Shown here: positions 17,798 to 28,390 of the stretch, piece by piece | How positions within the stretch are numbered: the first letter of the stretch is position 1 | Layout: each line of letters begins with the position of its first letter | Virus record (IMG/VR): IMGVR_UViG_3300033233_000009 | Coordinates: 60,598 to 124,597 of that record | Reading direction: 5' to 3' (one strand) | DNA from: a virus | Length of the DNA stretch: 64,000 bases | Notes under the pieces: model-generated | Database searches by the model: none | Seen by the model: the letters and a program-made list of their open reading frames with translations, nothing else | Told to the model about the DNA's origin: nothing | Translations under genes and position numbers: made by a program

Positions 17798-18232
17798 ATG
17801 GACACGAGTGAACCTCAGCACCTCCTCTGGGTCCGCCTGCGGCCCGAGCAGGGGAACTGCGACCAGTTGCCCGAGTGGCTCGACCCGAAGGTCGGCTGCC
17901 CCGAGTGCGGGAGCGCCTGGACGGACGTGCGCGCGGTGGCGTGTGCCGCCACCTGCATGCACGGGCAGTTCGAGGAGGAGCACTGGTTCATCCGGCAGAT
18001 CGGTACTCCCGAGCCGATCCTCGCGGTGCGCCTCTGCTGCTTCAACGGCCACTTCGTCGAGTACGACGGCACCAGGCTGAAGGTGATCCCCCCGACGCCC
18101 CACTGGGCGCTCCTCGCTGCGGCCACCTACATGATCGGCGCGTTCGCGTTCCGGAGCGCGATGACGGCGCGCGGGCCGATCGTGGAGCACCTTCGGGTGA
18201 GCAGCGGCAACACCGGAGACCCCAACCCATGA
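17798..18232 (+). CDS. Zn-ribbon hypothetical protein
   Basis: CPEC..CFNGH; GAGGA RBS. Confidence 0.5.
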   Translation: MDTSEPQHLLWVRLRPEQGNCDQLPEWLDPKVGCPECGSAWTDVRAVACAATCMHGQFEEEHWFIRQIGTPEPILAVRLCCFNGHFVEYDGTRLKVIPPTPHWALLAAATYMIGAFAFRSAMTARGPIVEHLRVSSGNTGDPNP

Positions 18233-19086
18233 GAATCGTCGAATCCATCGCCTTTTCGGACCGCGGATTGCTGGAGCGCGCGTTCGAGCAGCGCTGCAAG
18301 ACCGTCTACCTCGGCAACCACGTCGCGCTGACGCGCGTGCTCGGCGACCTGCTGCTGTACGTGGACACGCGCGACCTGATCCTGGCGCCCCACCTGCTGA
18401 TGAACGGCTGCTGGGAGTTCTGGGTCACGCAGGCCATCGCACGGCACCTGCAACCCGGCATGGTCTGCGCCGACGTGGGCGCGAACGTCGGCTACTACAC
18501 GCTGCTGATGGCGGCGCGCGTCGGCGCGGCGGGGCGCGTGCACGCCTTCGACATCCTGCCCGCCCACTGCCGCCTGGTCACGCGCAGCGCGGAGATCAAC
18601 GGGTTCCGCGGCACGGTCACCGTGCACCAGTGCGCGGTGGCGGAGCGGGATGGCGAGGCGCGCATCCTCGTGCCGCAGTCGGGGGATACGTTCGCTCACC
18701 TGGGGAACGCGGCCATGGCCGACGTGAACACGCGGTCGCCGCCGGGCGAGATGATGCAGCCGGGGGTCGTGGCGTCCCGCAAGCTCGACTCGGTGGACTT
18801 CTGGCCCGCCGGTGCGCCGCTTGCCGACCGCAGGCTCGACTTCATCAAGGTGGACGTGGAAGGCGCGGAGCCGCTCGTGTGGGAGGGCTCGCTCGCGGTG
18901 CGCGACACGTACCGCCCGGTCATCTGCATGGAGTACGAGGGCTGGCGCCAGGGCTACCCGGAGTTCCTCACGCGGGTGAGGGAGCACGGCTACCGCGTGC
19001 GCTACATCGAGTACGACAGCAGCCTCGTCGAGCTGCCGAAGGAGCCGGCCCCGGAGCGGCTCTACATGCTGTGGGTGACCAAGTGA
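18229..19086 (+). CDS. FkbM-family SAM-dependent methyltransferase
   Basis: ADVGANVGYYTLLMA; DFIKVDVEGAE. Confidence 0.9.
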   Translation: MRIVESIAFSDRGLLERAFEQRCKTVYLGNHVALTRVLGDLLLYVDTRDLILAPHLLMNGCWEFWVTQAIARHLQPGMVCADVGANVGYYTLLMAARVGAAGRVHAFDILPAHCRLVTRSAEINGFRGTVTVHQCAVAERDGEARILVPQSGDTFAHLGNAAMADVNTRSPPGEMMQPGVVASRKLDSVDFWPAGAPLADRRLDFIKVDVEGAEPLVWEGSLAVRDTYRPVICMEYEGWRQGYPEFLTRVREHGYRVRYIEYDSSLVELPKEPAPERLYMLWVTK

Positions 19087-19313
19087 CGGGTCGGGGCAAG
19101 GGCCCGACGGCACGGGTCAAGATCACGTTCGCGACCATCGCGGAGACGCGCGACCGGATTGCCGCCGCGGCGAAGCAGGCCGGGACGGACGTGGAGAGCG
19201 TGATCGCCGAGGCGCTCTACGTGCACCTGCACCGGCTGGAGACGAGCGGCAAGCGGGCGTACCCGGACGCGACGGACAAGCTGGCACGGCGCGTGCAGCG
19301 AAGGAAGCCATGA
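19083..19313 (+). CDS. ribbon-helix-helix-like small protein
   Basis: VKITFAT..TRDRIAAAAKQAGTDVESVIAEAL. Confidence 0.5.
   Translation: MTGRGKGPTARVKITFATIAETRDRIAAAAKQAGTDVESVIAEALYVHLHRLETSGKRAYPDATDKLARRVQRRKP
19282..19297 (+). promoter_or_regulatory. sigma54 (-24/-12) promoter
   Basis: TGGCACGGCGCGTGCA: GG-N10-GC, 12 nt before the ATG at 19310. Confidence 0.55.
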
Positions 19314-20251
19314 CAACCTTTACCCTGAACATCGTTTCTCTGTGCGTGGTGCTCGCCGGCTGTGGCGGCGACTCGTTTGGCGGCGCTGCTGCCAGTGACG
19401 GCGGCGTGGGCGAGGCGGACGGCGCCCGTGTCACGGCGGACGCGGTCGGTGCGGGCGGCGGGACGCAGGCCCGCGAGGGCGGTGCCGGGGGGCCGGGGGC
19501 GGGCGGACACGCCGGTACCGGTACGGGGGGCGAGGCAGCGGACGGCGGCACGGTCACCCCGGGAGCAGGCGGGGCGACAACGGAGGGCGGCTTCGGTACG
19601 GGCGGAGCGGCGCCGGGGGCCGGCGGGACCGTCCCGGGTGCGGGTGGGATGACGGCCGAGGACGGCCCCGGGGCAGGCGGAGCGGCGCCGGGAGCCGGCG
19701 GAGCCAGCCAGGGCGCAGGCGGAGCGGCGCCGGAGGCCGGCCCCGGCTGCAAGCCCCCGGTGGTGGACGAGACGAACCTGCCGCCCACGGTGGTCTGGGA
19801 GTCGTACCTCACGAAATACGGGACGTACTGCCTGACGTGCCAGCACAGCCCGTGCACGATCTGCCCGCTCACGTGGTGGCCGGTCACGCAGAGTGCGGAC
19901 GGGCTGACCGTCACGGCGACGATCAACAAGGGCGTCTGCGACCCCCTGCCGCTGAACATGGGCCTCTGCACCAGCGACCTGACTGCTGGAAGCTGTACGA
20001 CGCTGAATCCCAGCGTCGAGGCGACGTTTGTGCTCCGCCTGGAGCCGAAGCCGGACGGTACGGGCTACCGCGTGGCGGACGCCAGCGGCGAGCAGGCCCG
20101 CGTCACCCGTCTGTACGGTTCGTGTACCGGGGGCACCATCCAGGGCGCCACGACGTTCGACAACGCCTGGGCGGCCTACCCCGCCGATCGGAGTCTGCTC
20201 GCGGCGACGCGTGCCACGATGCTGGCAGCCGAGTGGCCCTGTGGGCGATAG
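19310..20251 (+). CDS. Gly-rich lipoprotein with Cys-rich C-terminal domain
   Basis: signal peptide with lipobox LAGC; GGAAPGAGG repeats; multiple Cys. Confidence 0.75.
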   Translation: MTTFTLNIVSLCVVLAGCGGDSFGGAAASDGGVGEADGARVTADAVGAGGGTQAREGGAGGPGAGGHAGTGTGGEAADGGTVTPGAGGATTEGGFGTGGAAPGAGGTVPGAGGMTAEDGPGAGGAAPGAGGASQGAGGAAPEAGPGCKPPVVDETNLPPTVVWESYLTKYGTYCLTCQHSPCTICPLTWWPVTQSADGLTVTATINKGVCDPLPLNMGLCTSDLTAGSCTTLNPSVEATFVLRLEPKPDGTGYRVADASGEQARVTRLYGSCTGGTIQGATTFDNAWAAYPADRSLLAATRATMLAAEWPCGR

Positions 20252-20326
20252 GGCACGATTTCTGCTGTCCTGGGCCTGACCGCCGTTTTCTTGACGGCAC
20301 GGCTCGGCGAGCGATAGCCTCCCCAC

Positions 20327-20761
20327 ATGGCGTTCGTTCTCGGTGACGTGGTGTCCATGACCCTGTTCGCGCAGGAGAACCTGTCCGGGCTGCTCGGACC
20401 GCTCGTGCAGGCGCAGCCCCCGAAGTTCGGCATCGTGCAGGCCCTCGGCATGGGGGCCACGGTGGACGTGCTGTGGGAGGACGGTCGCGTCGTGACCGCG
20501 GTGCCCAACACCGCGCTCGACAAGATCGGCGCTCCCGACTCGGGCGTCGTCGCGAGCTTCCAGGGCTTCGTGCTCAAGACCGACCCCGGCGTCGCGGCGC
20601 AGGCGGAGAGCCCGGAGTACCAGGGCGTGGATGTCACGTTCTACACGCGCGACAACGCCGCTGCCGGTACGCCGACCGACACGCTGTGCCTCATGCTGAC
20701 GAACGCCGGGCTCTACCGCGAGCTGCTGGCCTCGACGCTGAAGGTGGTCGGAGGACGGTGA
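20327..20761 (+). CDS. hypothetical protein
   Basis: TTGACG-N18-TAGCCT promoter 6 nt before the ATG. Confidence 0.65.
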   Translation: MAFVLGDVVSMTLFAQENLSGLLGPLVQAQPPKFGIVQALGMGATVDVLWEDGRVVTAVPNTALDKIGAPDSGVVASFQGFVLKTDPGVAAQAESPEYQGVDVTFYTRDNAAAGTPTDTLCLMLTNAGLYRELLASTLKVVGGR

Positions 20762-21552
20762 GCGAGGCGGTCGCCAGCGCGCAGCCGGACCCGAGCGCGC
20801 TCCGCGCTCCGCTTGCCGCGTGTCTGGCCGGGCTGCGGGCGGCAATCGAGCACGCCCGCGCCGCCGCCGATGCGTGGAGCGCCGGGGGCGACCCGCACGG
20901 GCCGCTGGACGCTGCGGACGGTGCCGTGCGCCGTGCCCGTGCGCAGACGGTGGCGCTGCGCTCGGTGCTCCCGGGCCACTCGCGCCGGGTGCGCCTGGCC
21001 GACCGGGCAGTGGAGCGCGCGGGCGAGCTGGTTGCCGTCGTCCGCGGGCTGCCACCGGCGGACTCGACCGATGTCGAGGAGACCCTCCTGATCGTGGTCG
21101 AGCGCGCCTTCGGTGCAGCCGAGAGGGCGGTACGGGCGGCGGACGGCGGCGCCTGATCGCCGTGTCACGGGTGACGCAGCGTTGCGTCACTGCTGCCACT
21201 GGCAGCACCCTGGCACGGGACCGGACCTGCCGCACCGACGGCGAGGCCATCTGGTCCTACGCCCTCCTGATCGCCGTGCGGGCCGGCTCCATCGTCTACG
21301 TGCTCGACCTGGCCGAGTCGCCCAGCCGACGCCCTGCCCCGTAGCGGTGTCTCCCTGGCCGGCATGTGGCAGGCGGGCCACGGGGACGAGGACGACGACC
21401 GCGGCTTCCCCGTCCGCGGCGACCGGGAGGACTTCCACGCGGACGGGTGAGGCGTCACACGTGACGCTACGTGACGGCCGGGTTACGCCCGGCCGTTCGC
21501 GTTTTGTGGGCTTCGGGGCTTGATCTTGCGCGCTGCCGGTGGCAGCATGGGC

Positions 21553-21568
21553 TGGCACGACGGGTGCA
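21553..21568 (+). promoter_or_regulatory. sigma54 promoter
   Basis: TGGCACGACGGGTGCA; intergenic; upstream of AGGAG-ATG 21614. Confidence 0.65.
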
Positions 21569-21613
21569 AGGCAGGTAGGCATGACCAGTAAGCCGGCCAC
21601 CAGGAGAGACCAG

Positions 21614-22474
21614 ATGACCACCGCCACGACGACCCCGATCCAGGACGCTCTCGCTCTGCTCCCCGAGTCCGCCGACGACTGCCCGTGTGTGGAGGCAGCC
21701 CTGGCCGCCTACGAGGCCGCGGCCCCGGGCTCACCGGAGGAGACCGGTGCGGACCTCGCCCATGATGCGCTCCGCGCGGAGGTGCAGGCCGGCCTCGACG
21801 CCTGGCGCGCCTATGGCATCGACCTACTCACCGGCTCGGACGAGCCCCGTGAGTGGCAGCTCGACGAGGACGAGGGCCGCGGGTATGACACCTGCGTCGC
21901 CTCCTCAGCCGCCGAGGCGCTCGCCGTCGCCCGCGGCAACGTTGACCGCGACAACTACACGACGGACCCGGACGCCGGCACCATCTACGTCGATTACGGC
22001 GTCCGCTGCGTGCTCACCGGCGAGCACGACGAGGACGGAGCCACGCTCGCCCCGGAGGAGCCCTACTGCGACTCTGAGGCGGGCTCCCACGAGTGGGTGA
22101 CGCCCGTCTGGCTCGTCGGTGGCATCGGCGAGAACCCCGGATGCTGGGGCCACGGTGGGGGCGTCATCTGCGCCGAGGTCTGCCGGCACTGCGGGTGTCG
22201 GCGGACGACCGACACATGGGCTCAGCGCCGCGACACCGGGGAGCAGGGCCTCACCGAGGTGAGCTACGACGCGGATCACTACCTCGATTCCATCGCCGAG
22301 CACGCCGAGCGCATCGCCACGCGGCTCCGCCGGGACATCGGCGAGGACACGTTCGCCTCGCCCGAGGCTCTCCGGGAGTACGTGGAATCCTGCTCCACGC
22401 GAGCGACGGAGATGCCCGTGCTCTGCGCCCAGGTGGTCGGGCTCCTCGCCGATCTGATCTCGGAGGCAGCGTGA
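21614..22474 (+). CDS. acidic hypothetical phage protein
   Basis: ATG at 21614 with AGGAG; HEW..ENPGCWGHGGG..CRHCG. Confidence 0.65.
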   Translation: MTTATTTPIQDALALLPESADDCPCVEAALAAYEAAAPGSPEETGADLAHDALRAEVQAGLDAWRAYGIDLLTGSDEPREWQLDEDEGRGYDTCVASSAAEALAVARGNVDRDNYTTDPDAGTIYVDYGVRCVLTGEHDEDGATLAPEEPYCDSEAGSHEWVTPVWLVGGIGENPGCWGHGGGVICAEVCRHCGCRRTTDTWAQRRDTGEQGLTEVSYDADHYLDSIAEHAERIATRLRRDIGEDTFASPEALREYVESCSTRATEMPVLCAQVVGLLADLISEAA

Positions 22475-22531
22475 TCCGCCTCGCCTCCCTCACCCCCGAC
22501 GCCGTGGCTCGCGAGGTGGAGCTGACGGTGA

Positions 22532-22798
22532 GCGGCGGCGAGGTCACTGGCGGAGTTCATCGCGACGCTGACCGGGCTCGCCGTGCCGGCCCTCGGGGAC
22601 CTGGCACGCGGCGCCGTGGTCGGAGCGATCACGATCACGGACTGTGTGCAGAAGTCCGAGTCTCGGTGGTTCTTCGGGCCGTACGGATTCGCGCTGGCGA
22701 ACCCCGTGGCGTTGTCCACCTCGGTCCCGTGTCCGGGCAGGCTCGGGTTCTTCGATGTGCCAGCGGACGTGGCCGAGCAACTGCGGAGGGCAGCGTGA
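22532..22798 (+). pseudogene. ASCH-domain C-terminal fragment
   Basis: GAVVGAITITDCV..WFFGPYGFALANP..PCPGRLGFF is ASCH-like; in-frame stop upstream removes the N-terminal KALS/GxKxxE part. Confidence 0.5.
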
Positions 22799-23885
22799 AC
22801 GGTGTCAGAGACGCCATTGTGGCTCGTCCCACTGGTATGCAGCCAATGCAGTCAACCGCCTACCGCATCGTACGACTCTTTCGCGGGCACGTCAGGCCGG
22901 ACGGCTGGGGCGGCCCCTACGGCGAAACCGTGCGCGACGACGTGTCTCTCGCGGAGGCGCAGGCGCACTGCTCCGGCCCGGAATCGAGCAGCGAGACGTG
23001 CACGAGCGCGGCCGGCAAGCGGCTGACACAAGAGCGTGGGCCCTGGTTCGACTCGTACCTGGGGCCCGAGGACGAGGACGACTCGTTTCTGGACTGAGAG
23101 GCAGCAACCGCATGGACAAGGACCGAACCGAGTACGTGGTGGTCTGCCGCGGCGACGCCGATCCGGGCTCGCCCTACGTCTACGGCGCGTACGAGCTTGC
23201 GACGCGCACGGTGTTTCCGACGCGCGAGGCGGCGCTGGCGTACAGCGTCGGGATCGCGGCGGAGCGTGCGCCACTGGTCGTCGCCGGGCGCTGGAGTGGT
23301 CTGCGCCGGGATGCGGCGGAGCGCTTTCCGTGAGCGTCACCGGTTGGAAGCGGCGCCTGGCGAAGCGTGGGCTGGCGCTGAGCCTGCGGCCCGGCAACCG
23401 CGACTGCTGGATCGCCTACGTGACGGCGCCGGACGCGCCCGTGGACCAGCGCTTCTCGCCGCTCGTCGGGGTCGGCTGGGCAGATAGCTACGACGAAGCG
23501 ATCGACGCGGCGGTCCGCGCCTTCGATGCGAAGCGTGAGGACCAGCAGCATGAGCGGGTGGTGCTCGCCCTGGCCGAGCCGGAGACGGCGCGAGCTAGGA
23601 GGAACAGAGCCAATGCCGGGCAGCCCGCGTAAGCGCTCCTCTCGCGTCCTGAAGCCTGGGTCTGGTGACACTCCCGCGGCCGTCCGTCGCGCGGGCTGGT
23701 GCTACGAGTGCAAGGAGGCCCTGGCGGATTGCGTGTGCGGGCTGGACGAGCCGGTGGACTTCCAGACACGTCGAGCGGCGTGGTGCGTGCAGGATGACGG
23801 CAACGACGACTGAATACTGGCAGCGTTGCTGCCGTCGGACCCGATACGTTGACGACGCCGCGGGCGTCCGGTAGGTGAAATCCTC

Positions 23886-24413
23886 ATGGCCAAGACGCAG
23901 ACCGAGAGCGCACTCACCCTCCTCGAAATGGCCGCCTCGGAGGTCGAGTCGCTCCAGGGGGAAATGACCGACTGGCAGGGCAACATGGAGGGGGCCAACA
24001 TGGACCACCTGCCGAAGTACGAGCAGGTGACCGAGTGCGTGGACGCGCTGGAGAATGCCGACGTGCGCTCGCGGGTGGACGAGCTGGCGACGCTCGTCGA
24101 GATGGCGGGGTCGCTCGGCGACCTCGGAGCGGTCATGGCGACCTACGTGCAGAGCACGGCGAAGCGCAAGACCCGGGCCGATCGGCTGGGCGAAGCGCAG
24201 GGCTGGCTGGAGCAGGCGCTGGCCGCGCTCGACGACCGTCTGCAAGACCTGAAGGACCAGGACGACCTGCGGGTGAAGGCCGACGAGGAAGCCAACCCCG
24301 AGACCGAAGCGGAGCCGGACCCGCGCATCGAGGAGGTGCAGGCCGCCCTGTCCGACCTGCGCGACGCGATGGACTCGCTGTCGGACGTGTCGTTCCCCGG
24401 CATGTACGGATGA
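23886..24413 (+). CDS. acidic helical hypothetical protein
   Basis: TTGACG-N17-TAGGTG upstream; strong coding bias. Confidence 0.65.
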   Translation: MAKTQTESALTLLEMAASEVESLQGEMTDWQGNMEGANMDHLPKYEQVTECVDALENADVRSRVDELATLVEMAGSLGDLGAVMATYVQSTAKRKTRADRLGEAQGWLEQALAALDDRLQDLKDQDDLRVKADEEANPETEAEPDPRIEEVQAALSDLRDAMDSLSDVSFPGMYG

Positions 24414-24468
24414 GCGCCGCTGGCGTTGACAGCACTGCTGCCGCCTGATAGGACAGGGAGGTAAACCG

Positions 24469-24807
24469 ATGCCCACGCAGATGGACCTGAAATGGGAGAG
24501 CCCGCGGGCTGCAATCCGGGCGCGCGACCGCGCCATCGATCAAGTCGAGCGCGGCTCGGGTGAGTGGCAGGTGGAGGCGCTCACGGCGATCCGCCAGGTG
24601 GCGCGCACGCAGCCGGAGCTGACAACGGATGACGTGTGGCGGGCGCTCGGGCGGGACCCCGATGTCGAGGGCCGAGCGATGGGCGCTGCCATGCGCCAGG
24701 CAGCGAAGCTGGGGCTCATCGAGCGCACGGACCGGACGACCAAGAGCGCGCGCGTCGCGTGTCACCGGCGCGACCTGCGCGTCTGGGTATCGAGACTCGG
24801 CCGATGA
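24469..24807 (+). CDS. winged-HTH-like phage protein
   Basis: GGAGGT RBS; LTTDDVW..RAMGAAMRQAAKLGLIERT..VW. Confidence 0.6.
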   Translation: MPTQMDLKWESPRAAIRARDRAIDQVERGSGEWQVEALTAIRQVARTQPELTTDDVWRALGRDPDVEGRAMGAAMRQAAKLGLIERTDRTTKSARVACHRRDLRVWVSRLGR

Positions 24808-25327
24808 CGCGCCTGCGCAAGGCGGAGCCGGTGCGCCACGAGCGCTCGGTGGCCTTCGTGACCCGCTCCCGCCGTGCGGCGGAGTGGTCGGGAGTCGAGC
24901 GGGGGAGCCTGGTGCCCGAGTCGATGGACGACTGGAACGCCTTGCGGAAGGCGGCGGAGGCGCCGTGACGCGCCTGCGCTGCTGGAAGCACGCGCGGCGC
25001 GTGGCGGTCGCCTGCGGAACTACCACACGCCGCGGGTACTGCCGCCACTGCTGGCCGGAGCGCGCGGAGTGTCCGGCGGACACGCTCCACGTCCTGCTGG
25101 CCATCCACTGGCCCCGCACCCCCCGCGACGCCACCCTGGCGCTCGCCATGTGACCGGCATGGTACGCTCGGAAGCGTCACGTTACGCCTGCCCGCCTTCC
25201 GCCCTGGCGGCACGCCAGCCAGGGGCGGCACCGCCGCCAGGCAGGCCAGGGGCGCCAGGGTAGCCAAATCCGCCGGTTCCATCGGTTCCGCCAGGGGCGG
25301 AAGGGGCTGCATTGGCAGCGCGCGGGC

Positions 25328-25343
25328 TGGCACGGAGGGTGCA
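25328..25343 (+). promoter_or_regulatory. sigma54 promoter
   Basis: TGGCACGGAGGGTGCA, 12 nt before ATG 25356. Confidence 0.65.
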
Positions 25344-25355
25344 GGGTAGGTTGGC

Positions 25356-25979
25356 ATGTCCAAGACGATCCACTCCATCACGCTCGGAACCGAAACCTTC
25401 ACCCGCGAGTCCGCCTCGCGGAAGTACGGGGCCTGCCTCGTGGCGACCATCACAGAGGAGAGCCAGCGCGTCGAGAACGCGCGGGCGGCACGGACGGCGG
25501 AGCAGGCGACGAAGCTGGAGGCCGAACTGGCCGCCATGCTCGCGGAGCGGGGGACGACGCTGGAGAAGGCGCAGGCGGAGTATGACGCGCGGCACGTCGC
25601 GTCTGACGCGACGCACGAGAAGGTGCTCGACTACATCGGCGCGCATCGCGAGGATGATGGCATGTACCAGGCGCCGCAGTACCTCGCGCTTCGGGCAACG
25701 CACCGCGCGGCGCACGACTTCACGTTCGCCAAGAGCGGCCCCTTCGGCGTGCTCGAACTGGCCGAGCAGGCGAAGCGGGAGCGCGCTGCATCGGTGGCCC
25801 ACTGCCTCCCGATCGGCGGGCAGGGGGTCGTTTCCTGGCACCACACGGTCGCCCTGGCCGAGAAGGCGGCGGCTCACGAGGCGGCCGTGAACGCCCGCTG
25901 CGCGCGGTACAGGGCCTTCTCCGTCCGCACGGACTTCACGACCCGCGAGCGCGCCGTCCGCAAGGCGAAGGTCGCGTGA
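25356..25979 (+). CDS. hypothetical protein
   Basis: ORF downstream of the sigma54 site; coding bias. Confidence 0.65.
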   Translation: MSKTIHSITLGTETFTRESASRKYGACLVATITEESQRVENARAARTAEQATKLEAELAAMLAERGTTLEKAQAEYDARHVASDATHEKVLDYIGAHREDDGMYQAPQYLALRATHRAAHDFTFAKSGPFGVLELAEQAKRERAASVAHCLPIGGQGVVSWHHTVALAEKAAAHEAAVNARCARYRAFSVRTDFTTRERAVRKAKVA

Positions 25980-25980
25980 C

Positions 25981-25996
25981 CGGCACGGCGCGTGCA
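25981..25996 (+). promoter_or_regulatory. sigma54 promoter
   Basis: CGGCACGGCGCGTGCA, 12 nt before ATG 26009. Confidence 0.5.
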
Positions 25997-26008
25997 ACGG
26001 AGGAAGCC

Positions 26009-26242
26009 ATGAAGAACAAGAACGCTGGAATCCCGAAGTCTGCGCCGGAGACGACCCGTGAGGCGTACGGCCGCATCCTGGAACTAGCGGAGGCGGTCGG
26101 CGCGCTCCGCGTGGCGGGAGCGAGCGAACTGCACTCGCTCCGGCTGCCGCCGGAGGCGGTCCGCGCCCTGGGCGAGGCGCACCAGGCGCTTCTGGCGGCG
26201 CACAGGGCGGTCGAGGCAGCGGTGCTCGGGGGTGCGTCGTGA
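26009..26242 (+). CDS. hypothetical protein
   Basis: GGAGG RBS and ATG at 26009. Confidence 0.55.
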   Translation: MKNKNAGIPKSAPETTREAYGRILELAEAVGALRVAGASELHSLRLPPEAVRALGEAHQALLAAHRAVEAAVLGGAS

Positions 26243-26694
26243 GTGCTGTGGCCCTGGGCGTGAGTCCCGCGGGCGTCGAGTGGGTCGTGTACCCGCGCGG
26301 CGGAGAGACGCCGGAGCGGTTCGCCTGGCGCGTCCAGCGGGGCCAGGAGCGGCTCGCGGCGCTCGCGGCACGGCTGGCCGCCAGAGCGGAGCCGGAGGCC
26401 CCGTCGGCCGATCTGGCGCGGCTGCGCGCCCGTCACGCGGCAGCCCGGCGCGAGGTGTTCCGCCTGCTCGGACAGGACCGGGCAGCGCGGGCACGGGGGC
26501 GCTACGCGCGGGCCTGGGATCGCCCGGAGTACGTCGCAGCGTACGAGCGGCTGCAAGCGTCCCGGAAGGGCGACCGCTACGGCGAGGTGGTCAAGGTCGA
26601 GCCTGAGCGCGTGCGCGTCCGCCTCGACAAGTCGGGCAAGTCGTTCTGGTTCCGGCGCGAGGACGTGCTGCACCCGGGGAATCGAGCGCCATGA
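26239..26694 (+). CDS. hypothetical protein, SH3-like C-terminus
   Basis: YGEVVKVEPERVRVRLDKSGKSFWF. Confidence 0.5.
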   Translation: MSAVALGVSPAGVEWVVYPRGGETPERFAWRVQRGQERLAALAARLAARAEPEAPSADLARLRARHAAARREVFRLLGQDRAARARGRYARAWDRPEYVAAYERLQASRKGDRYGEVVKVEPERVRVRLDKSGKSFWFRREDVLHPGNRAP

Positions 26695-27635
26695 GCCTGC
26701 CAGAAGTGATCCGGGGACCGTGCGCGCCTGAGCCGGATGGCGGCTGGCGCCAGCAGGTACTCGTGGACGGCCTGAGGTTCGATCTGGCGCTCACGCGCGA
26801 AGGGACGTACCGGCAGCCCTGCCTGGAGTACGGCAAGGCGGCGCAGAAGGGCGTGCGCTACCGCGCCGCGGATCGCTGGCAGGGCGTGGTCCGAAACGCA
26901 GGGGGCAGCGTGGTCTGGACCGGGATGGTATCCAGAAGCTGCGGACCGGCCCGGCTCCTTTGGCGGGCAGGCATCGTCCCGGCGGGGTACACAGTGCCCG
27001 GGGCAGTGCCATGAGCAAGACAGACGCCGAGTGGCGGAACTGGCTCACGGAGCGGAAGCTGCCGCCTGCCCCCGAAGGCGTGGTCACCAACGTGCGTTGG
27101 ATTGCTCGGCATGACGACTGGTACGTCCGCGTTGGTGCCCCAGTGGTACTGGCTCGACCCGCGCGGCGCTCAGTGGAAGCGAACTTCGTTCGAGCCATGA
27201 TGGAACCCATGAGCCGCTACCTGAACGTGATCAGCACTGGGCCGCTGATGATCTTGCGCCTGCCGGAGCCAGAGCCGTCGTGGAGGCAGGTGCTCAAGGC
27301 GTTCGCCCCGGTCAAGCGCGGGCACAAGCTGCGCTGGAAGGACGTGTTCGCGTTGGAGCAGCCGCACGCTGACATGGCGGACCGGCTGGACGGCGTTTTC
27401 GTGCTCGTCCGGGGAGCTACGTGACCGACCCGACCCTCACCGCGAGCGACGTGCGCGCCCTGCGCGGGCTGCACCAGCGTGGCGGCGGCCCGCTATCTCC
27501 GGGGCGCTCGGCGCGCCTGATCGGCCTTGGGCTCGCGGAGCCGCACCCGAGCGACCCGGAGCGGCGCTACCGGCTGACGGGCAAGGCGCGCGTGCTGCTC
27601 CACAACCGGGGCAAGCTGCCCGGCGCGACGGGGAT

Positions 27636-27941
27636 GTGACCGGGACGCGGCGCGAGCCGAGCGAGCGCCAGCGCGCGCTGTGGGCGCTGGCCGGCTACGT
27701 CGTCCCGAGGGTCGGCGACGAGGGTCGGTGGGGGCCCTCGACCGGCAACGCCTTCCGCGTCCGCGTGTCGCGCGTTTCTGGCGACGGCATGGCGATCTGG
27801 GTGCGCTTCCTCTGGACGGCGACGTATGGGCCCGGCTTCGGCCCCGAGCGCAAGTTCGGCCGGCAGGCAAACGGCCTCTACTGGGGCCGACAGGACGATC
27901 TGTACGATCCAGCCAGGGCGCTCCCGTTGCACTTCCGGTGA
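27636..27941 (+). CDS. hypothetical protein
   Basis: GTGA overlap; 5' end duplicated at about 27957. Confidence 0.5.
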   Translation: MTGTRREPSERQRALWALAGYVVPRVGDEGRWGPSTGNAFRVRVSRVSGDGMAIWVRFLWTATYGPGFGPERKFGRQANGLYWGRQDDLYDPARALPLHFR

Positions 27942-28035
27942 CTCAACGCCAACCCAGCGAGCGCCAGCGCGCGCTGTGTGGGCGCTGTGGGCGCTGGCCG
28001 GCTACGTCGTGCCGAGGGTAAGCGACGAGGGCTGC
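27938..28035 (+). pseudogene. frameshifted partial duplicate of the 27636 gene start
   Basis: AGCGAGCGCCAGCGCGCGCTGTG..GGCGCTGGCCGGCTACGTCGT repeated with an 11-nt insertion. Confidence 0.55.
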
Positions 28036-28122
28036 GGGGCCGCCTGGAGCGGGAGGGGCTCCAACTTTCATGTGGCCGAGGCTGACTCCCGCGCAACCGC
28101 GCGGCCTACCAAGCTCTGGACC

Positions 28123-28347
28123 ATGGAAACCATGACGTTCAATCTACTCCGTCGCCGCCACGGCCTCACCCTCACCCGCGTCGCCAGGGAAGCGCGCTGC
28201 GCCCCGCGCACGGCCCGGCGGTTTGAGCGGGGCCTTGCAGTGCGCGATGCCAGCGCTGAGCGCCTCCGGGCTGCGTACTGGCGGCTCACCACTCCCCGCT
28301 ATTTCGACGACAGCGGAACGCTCCTTCGTCCGATCCGTCCGGCATAA
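28123..28347 (+). CDS. XRE-like HTH protein
   Basis: LRRRHGLTLTRVAREARCAPRTARRFERG. Confidence 0.6.
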   Translation: METMTFNLLRRRHGLTLTRVAREARCAPRTARRFERGLAVRDASAERLRAAYWRLTTPRYFDDSGTLLRPIRPA

Positions 28348-28390
28348 TCGGTAATACGCAGGAGGGTAGCAACGTGCTACGGTGGGCCGG

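Noticed and set aside
20251-20266. GGGCACGATTTCTGCT as a further sigma54 promoter
   Set aside because: Correct GG-N10-GC spacing but departs from the shared consensus, and a good sigma70 promoter at 20291 explains the downstream gene
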